A stretch of DNA of 37,860 nucleotides from a virus (lineage: Duplodnaviria; Caudoviricetes): positions 1 through 37,860 of the IMG/VR virus record IMGVR_UViG_3300034197_000024. One strand, given 5' to 3'. Positions 33,386 to 37,860 of this stretch are shown here, in pieces (position 1 is the first letter of the stretch; each line of letters starts with the position of its first letter). Below the pieces are notes generated by a model. That model saw only the letters and a program-made list of their open reading frames with translations. It was not told where the DNA came from and searched no databases. A program made the translations under genes and the position numbers.

Positions 33386-36034
33386 CTACTCGTCGTCGTC
33401 TGTGACCGAGTCCTCGTCTTCCTCGTCTTCCTCCTCCTCAGTGCCACCGGGTAGCACCTCTCCTAGCAGCGCAGGCGCCCAATGGTTGCCGCCGGCGTCG
33501 TCGGTGATCGCATCGACCAGCACCCAGCCCAGCGCGCGGGTCAGGGTCGCGTCGTCGAGCGTGGCCAGCGCCCCTACCTCGTCATCCAGTCGGTCGGTCG
33601 CGTCGATGTAGGCGTGCTGCTGGTAGCTGATGCACTTAAAGAGGATCAGCTCCCGCAACGCGCGCGGGATCTGGCTGATCGCAGCACCGTGGCGACTGGT
33701 CAGCGCCTCACGACGACGGGTGACGATCACCTGCTCCTCGGCCTGGATCAGGTCAGCGCAGGGCAGGCAGTAGTAGTGCCCCTGGATATAGCGGCGCTTG
33801 TTGTAGTCGTCGGGCGTCTTGGTTTGGCAACGGGCGCAGATGACCGTCGCACCAGACGTGCGCACCGTGGGTGACGCCGCCTGGTGCGGGCTTACCGTGC
33901 CCGCCTCGATCATGGCCAGGAGGCCCAGCACGCCCTTCAGTGCCCACGGATAATCGGTGTGGCCCTGGCTGCTGGTGGCCTTGAACTGATTGCCGCCGTT
34001 GTGGGTGATCGTCCAGCCCTTGGCCGTGTAGCGGGCCTGGATAGCTGCCCACTCGGCATCAAGTGCGGCCAGGAAGGGGATCACCTCGTCGGGGCCGAGG
34101 GCGACGAGCTCGTTGTCCCGACTGAGTACCGTCCACGGCTGCATCGTCTCGCGTACGAAGTAGCCGTGGCATTGCAGGATGCCGTGCTGGATACGGGAGA
34201 GCAGCACGGGCGCGGGCGGCTCGCCCTGGGGTCGCCTTCCCTCGCGCACCGCTGCTGCCAATACAGCGGCGGTCCAGGGTGCGGGCTTCTCGCTGCCGCC
34301 CCAGACAACCAACCCGCCATTCATGCCAGATGTTATCCAGCCCAACGCAGTTAAACTGGCCTTGAGGTGGGTGAAGAGCTCAACCTCGGCGGTGCGCTTG
34401 GCCTCCGCCTCCGGCATCCGTACGCCGCTCGTGACCTGGTGGAGCACGGTCTTGAGCGCGCGGGCCTGGGCCGTCTCGTCGCCACCGGAACCGTCGATGA
34501 GTCCCCGCGCCTGACTGAAGGTCAGGGCCCCCGACGTCACTGCCTCAGCCAGGGCAGGCGTGGCCTTGGCCAGGGCGCGGCGCTGCTGCACGTAGGCCCG
34601 CGCCTTGCCGACGCGGCGGCTAATCTCACTCTCGGAGTAGCCGAGCTCCGACGCCATGCGCTCGAAGGCCTTACCCTCCTCGACGGGGCTGAGGTTCTCG
34701 CGCTGCAAATTGTCGAAGACCGCCAGCTCGTGGAAGGTGGCCAGTGTGCCTTCGAGTATCCGCACGGGGAGATGTGCCACGCCTGCGATCTGCGCGGCCC
34801 GCCAGCGGCGCTCGCCCGCAATCAGCTCGAGGTCGCCGTCGTCGTTGACAAACACCAGCAGCGGAGTCTGCACGCCGTGGATGCCGATGTTCTCGGCGAG
34901 CTCGGCCAGGGCCGCGTCGTCGAAGGTCGTGCGCGGTTGGAAGCGGCTGGCCACGATCTTGTTGGGCGCGACCGTCTCGTATTCCTCGTAGGTCGCGCGG
35001 TCGTACACACCGCACGCATCCGACGTGCCACGCGGTGGCAGGGGTGCGTCGTCGCCGGTCATCGCGTCGGCGATGCGGGTGAGCTGCTCCTCAGTGAAGG
35101 TGATCTCCGGCTCGCTCGTGATGGCGTGGGGCGGCCGCGCGGGTGTCGTCGCCTCAGGTGTGAACGGCACCCAATCGGCCATGCGCGCCAGCGCCTCATA
35201 GGCAGCCTGAGCGTGGGCGTGGTACCAGCCCGTGGCCTCGTCGCCAGAGACCAGCCGTCGCTTGCCGTCGTTCGGCGACCCATGCTCCCACTGCCAGGCG
35301 TCGAGCAGCGTGCGGATCGGCTGCTCCTGCCAGAGCTCTTCTTCGCGGAGCCAGTCGCGAATCTCGCCAGCGTCAAAACGCTCGCGGTACACCTCCGACT
35401 CGCCGGGCCACATCATCGCCCAGCCTGCGGCCTCGTCGTCGGCGGGGTGCCAGGTGACGATCATCCCCAGCGCGGCCAGCTGCTCGGCCACGTCGGCGGG
35501 CAGAGTCGGCGCGGCCGCGCTGGCCTGGGGCGTCGTGCCGAGCAGCTCGCCCAACAGTCCGGTATCGTCGGCGGGCGGTGGCGTGTCGAGCTGCGCCACG
35601 ATGGCGGCGGGCAGGGTGCCTGCGGGCGCAGCCAGCACAGCTTGTGCGGTCGCCAGGTAGTCGAGCAGGCCGACGCAGTGCAGCTCGTCGGCCCACGCGG
35701 TGTGTCGAATATCCCAGATTGGCATCTCGTCGTCGTCGGTCGCGACCGTGTAGCCCGCCACCACCAGCGCGGCCGTCGCCTCGTCGGCACTGGCGATCTG
35801 CGGTGCCTTCGGCTTAGGCAGGCTCTTCAGCCAGCGTCGCGCTTCCGCGAAGGGTCGCTCGTCGAGCACGAGGTAATACTTCGTCGTGTACTGGCCGTTG
35901 GTGAGCGCGTGCTCTGCCGTGCCAGCCGGGTGCTGCTGCCAGCGCCAGCCTGGCAAATCGTCAGGCAGCGGCGGAGTCGTCGTCGGGAATGCCGTCGGCT
36001 TCGGTTTGCGTGGCTTCGTGATTGCAGGTGTCAT
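33386..36034 (-). CDS. Large ParB/Spo0J-domain fusion protein (882 aa)
   Basis: Central QPRTTFD..LAELAENI..HGVQTPLLV, LIAGERRWRAA, ENLSPVEE, HTH SESEISRRVGKARAYV. C-terminal CARC..CLPC. Confidence 0.88.
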   Translation of the reverse strand: MTPAITKPRKPKPTAFPTTTPPLPDDLPGWRWQQHPAGTAEHALTNGQYTTKYYLVLDERPFAEARRWLKSLPKPKAPQIASADEATAALVVAGYTVATDDDEMPIWDIRHTAWADELHCVGLLDYLATAQAVLAAPAGTLPAAIVAQLDTPPPADDTGLLGELLGTTPQASAAAPTLPADVAEQLAALGMIVTWHPADDEAAGWAMMWPGESEVYRERFDAGEIRDWLREEELWQEQPIRTLLDAWQWEHGSPNDGKRRLVSGDEATGWYHAHAQAAYEALARMADWVPFTPEATTPARPPHAITSEPEITFTEEQLTRIADAMTGDDAPLPPRGTSDACGVYDRATYEEYETVAPNKIVASRFQPRTTFDDAALAELAENIGIHGVQTPLLVFVNDDGDLELIAGERRWRAAQIAGVAHLPVRILEGTLATFHELAVFDNLQRENLSPVEEGKAFERMASELGYSESEISRRVGKARAYVQQRRALAKATPALAEAVTSGALTFSQARGLIDGSGGDETAQARALKTVLHQVTSGVRMPEAEAKRTAEVELFTHLKASLTALGWITSGMNGGLVVWGGSEKPAPWTAAVLAAAVREGRRPQGEPPAPVLLSRIQHGILQCHGYFVRETMQPWTVLSRDNELVALGPDEVIPFLAALDAEWAAIQARYTAKGWTITHNGGNQFKATSSQGHTDYPWALKGVLGLLAMIEAGTVSPHQAASPTVRTSGATVICARCQTKTPDDYNKRRYIQGHYYCLPCADLIQAEEQVIVTRRREALTSRHGAAISQIPRALRELILFKCISYQQHAYIDATDRLDDEVGALATLDDATLTRALGWVLVDAITDDAGGNHWAPALLGEVLPGGTEEEEDEEDEDSVTDDDE

Positions 36035-36347
36035 CGGGTCGATCCTCCCACACGTAAATCAGGTACTGCCAGGTCGTTCCCGCCTCGTCGACCAGGACGG
36101 CCTGGCTGTGCGGCGGGCGACGGTCGGCGGTCGCTGGGACGCCGCAGATCCGGCGGAACGTGCCCAGTTCGGTATCCCCAACCGGCTTGTCCTTGCGGGC
36201 AATGGTCAAAATAATCCAGCCGTCCCGCACCCGGACGCCCAGCCGCGCGCCGCCGCGTAAATCCATCTGGCGCTTCTGGCCCGTGCGCCGGGCGTTGTGC
36301 AGCAGTGTCCGCCAGAGGGCGGGCAGGGTATGGCGCGTCGTCGTCAC
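35961..36347 (-). CDS. Hypothetical protein (VTTTRHTLPALWRTLL...)
   Basis: GTGA-coupled to the upstream gene, within ORF 35961..36515. Confidence 0.6.
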   Translation of the reverse strand: MTTTRHTLPALWRTLLHNARRTGQKRQMDLRGGARLGVRVRDGWIILTIARKDKPVGDTELGTFRRICGVPATADRRPPHSQAVLVDEAGTTWQYLIYVWEDRPDDTCNHEATQTEADGIPDDDSAAA

Positions 36348-36592
36348 TGCGCGTTGTCCGGGCCGTCCAGGCGCGGGCCGTCGAGCAGATCGCGGAGGAG
36401 TGCCGGGCCTGGCTGCTGCTCCTGCGCGCGCAGCAGTCCGACCAGACCACCCGCCAGCGCGAAGGCAATGGCCTGCGGGAGAAAGATCCGGCGGACGTGC
36501 CCCCCTTCCTGCCACATCAGCAGCACCGTATCGCCGACGAAGTCGAACGCGGCGGGCTCGTAGCCCGGTGCCGTGAGTTGGTAACTCATCAC
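36344..36592 (-). CDS. Hypothetical protein
   Basis: Coupled at both ends. GGAG RBS. Confidence 0.65.
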   Translation of the reverse strand: MMSYQLTAPGYEPAAFDFVGDTVLLMWQEGGHVRRIFLPQAIAFALAGGLVGLLRAQEQQPGPALLRDLLDGPRLDGPDNAQ

Positions 36593-36936
36593 GCGCTCCG
36601 TGTTGTTTTGGCGGGCTTGCCGCGCGACACCGTGGGGCGTGTGCGCCCTGCCGTCGCTACATCGTCCATCGCCTCGGTGATCAGCACGCCGATTTTGAGC
36701 GCGAACACATCATCGGCAAGCGTGGCGCGATGCAGGAGCTCCATCGTAGCGGCAAACAGCACCCGGTGCAGGACGGTCATAAACGCCGGGTCGGTGTTTG
36801 CGATGCTGTAGAGCACCAGCAGCATCGTGCGGGCCTCGTCGGGGTCAGTGCGGATACGTTCGCATGTCTCAGCCGCCTCCGCATCGGTGGCGGGCTGCTC
36901 CTTCGCGAACATTTCGCGGAGTTCTTCGGGGGTCAT
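36589..36936 (-). CDS. Hypothetical helical protein downstream of the initiator
   Basis: ATGA overlap with the initiator stop. GGAGGA RBS. Confidence 0.7.
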   Translation of the reverse strand: MTPEELREMFAKEQPATDAEAAETCERIRTDPDEARTMLLVLYSIANTDPAFMTVLHRVLFAATMELLHRATLADDVFALKIGVLITEAMDDVATAGRTRPTVSRGKPAKTTRSA

Positions 36937-37860
36937 AGATCCTCCAGATCGCTGGTATCACTGCCGCGACGCATGCCCCAGCGGTCGAGCATGGCGCGGG
37001 TCTCTGGGTCGTCGTGCCGAAAGGGCACGGTCGTGGGCGAGGCGCGGGCAGGGTCTCGGGCTCTGGGCGGCGTCTCGGCCCAAATCGTGGCGGCGGCTCC
37101 TGGCCCAGCCCCACCCCCGCGCAGCCGCTCCCAGCTCGCGGCCAGCGCGGCCAGCGTCGTACCGGCACGGGCAAACGCGGCCAGCAGCGTGCGCCGCCGC
37201 GCGGCAGATTCGAGCCCCACGGTTTCGATCAGAAACTGGTTGAGGCTCGCTTGGTCGTCGTCGCTATCCGGTTCTGCATCGACACCACCACCACCACCCA
37301 CTGACTCAGTCCGATCACGATCCGGTGGTGGTGGTAGATCTTCTGGTGGATCCCATGACGGATCACCATGACGGATCATTACGCGCGTTTGGGGCGTTTC
37401 GCGGCGTTCAGATGCGTCAAACGACACGTTATCCACATGTCGCAAAATGCACCCTTTCTGTGTCGCAAAATGCACCCTTTCTGTGTCGCAAAATGCACCC
37501 TTTCTGTCATCAAAGGGTGCAGTATCTGCACTGTTTTCGTCATCAAAGGGTGCAGTATCTGCACTGTTTTGCGCCGCGTTCAAGGGAAGCAACTCGCCGT
37601 GTTGTGCGATCAGGATGGCTGTCGTCTGGGCGATCTGGGCGTCGGTCATGCCGACAATCACCGCGCAGGCGTTCGGATGTCCGCGTCCACCTCCTCGTGT
37701 GCGCAAGATGGCCCCGTCGCGCTGGAGCTGCTGGAGCACGATGATGGTCTGTCGCCGCTTCAAACGCGCGCGCGCGGCAATCGTGGCGATTTTCGGCCAG
37801 CAGATCCCGTGCTCGTCGGCGGTGTCCGCCAGCGCGAGCAGCACCAGGAGTGCGCCGCCC
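36933..37860 (-). CDS. Phage replication initiator, N-terminal winged HTH (HTH_36-like); true start at 188 across the junction
   Basis: LVLLALAD.AD..G.CWP.IATIA.RARL..R.....L..L...G pattern. Iterons inside the gene as in lambda O-type initiators. Confidence 0.85.
   Translation of the reverse strand, partial: GGALLVLLALADTADEHGICWPKIATIAARARLKRRQTIIVLQQLQRDGAILRTRGGGRGHPNACAVIVGMTDAQIAQTTAILIAQHGELLPLNAAQNSADTAPFDDENSADTAPFDDRKGAFCDTERVHFATQKGCILRHVDNVSFDASERRETPQTRVMIRHGDPSWDPPEDLPPPPDRDRTESVGGGGGVDAEPDSDDDQASLNQFLIETVGLESAARRRTLLAAFARAGTTLAALAASWERLRGGGAGPGAAATIWAETPPRARDPARASPTTVPFRHDDPETRAMLDRWGMRRGSDTSDLEDL
37313..37570. other. Putative replication origin: GATC cluster, DnaA box, iterons
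   Basis: TTATCCACA 37429-37437. Three exact 23-mers 37438-37506. Two exact 32-mers 37506-37537 and 37539-37570 with the core inverted. Six GATC in 37313-37377. Confidence 0.85.
37720..37860. repeat. Terminal direct repeat, copy 2
   Basis: Matches 1-141 with 2 mismatches. Confidence 0.95.

Larger units (their letters stand above)
1..37860. mobile_element. Complete temperate siphovirus-like phage or phage-plasmid genome, circularly permuted contig (~37,719 bp unit)
   Basis: Full set of lysis, packaging, HK97-type head, tail, replication and recombinase genes. No host housekeeping genes. 141-bp terminal overlap. Confidence 0.93.

Noticed and set aside
37438-37570. CRISPR array
   Set aside because: Repeats are contiguous with no unique spacers, lie inside the initiator gene, and there are no cas genes. 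They fit iterons.

Overview
The window is one apparently complete ~37.7-kb, high-GC tailed phage genome with siphovirus-type morphogenesis genes. Bases 1-141 are repeated at 37720-37860 with 2 mismatches, so it circularises to about 37,719 bp. Gene order: tyrosine recombinase and a membrane 'sunset/Ada-like' gene (1.7-3.4 kb); a tiny MerR/Xis-type HTH regulator and a divergent promoter/operator switch (3.5-3.9 kb); a rightward early operon of Zn-finger, SWIM and ASCH genes (3.9-7.0 kb); a second divergent promoter pair; then a late operon with the amidase lysis cassette ahead of terminase, HK97-type head, neck, tail with a -1 frameshifted chaperone, tape measure and FN3/C1q and LamG-repeat tail proteins (7.1-29.0 kb). 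A ~10-kb leftward operon crosses the ends. It encodes an HTH replication initiator with an internal origin (iterons, perfect DnaA box, GATC cluster), a large ParB fusion and an eight-gene module around a ParM/StbA-like actin ATPase. That module includes a ribbon-helix-helix protein with 11-bp-period repeats and five predicted membrane proteins, one a 28-aa peptide missed by the ORF track. The best candidates for new biology are this membrane-linked actin module (possible phage-plasmid lifestyle) and a control system with no canonical CI, built on an ssrA-like-tagged HTH protein and several antisense promoter/hairpin units. A Chloroflexota host is an inference from protein style only. All family calls are by eye, with no database searches.
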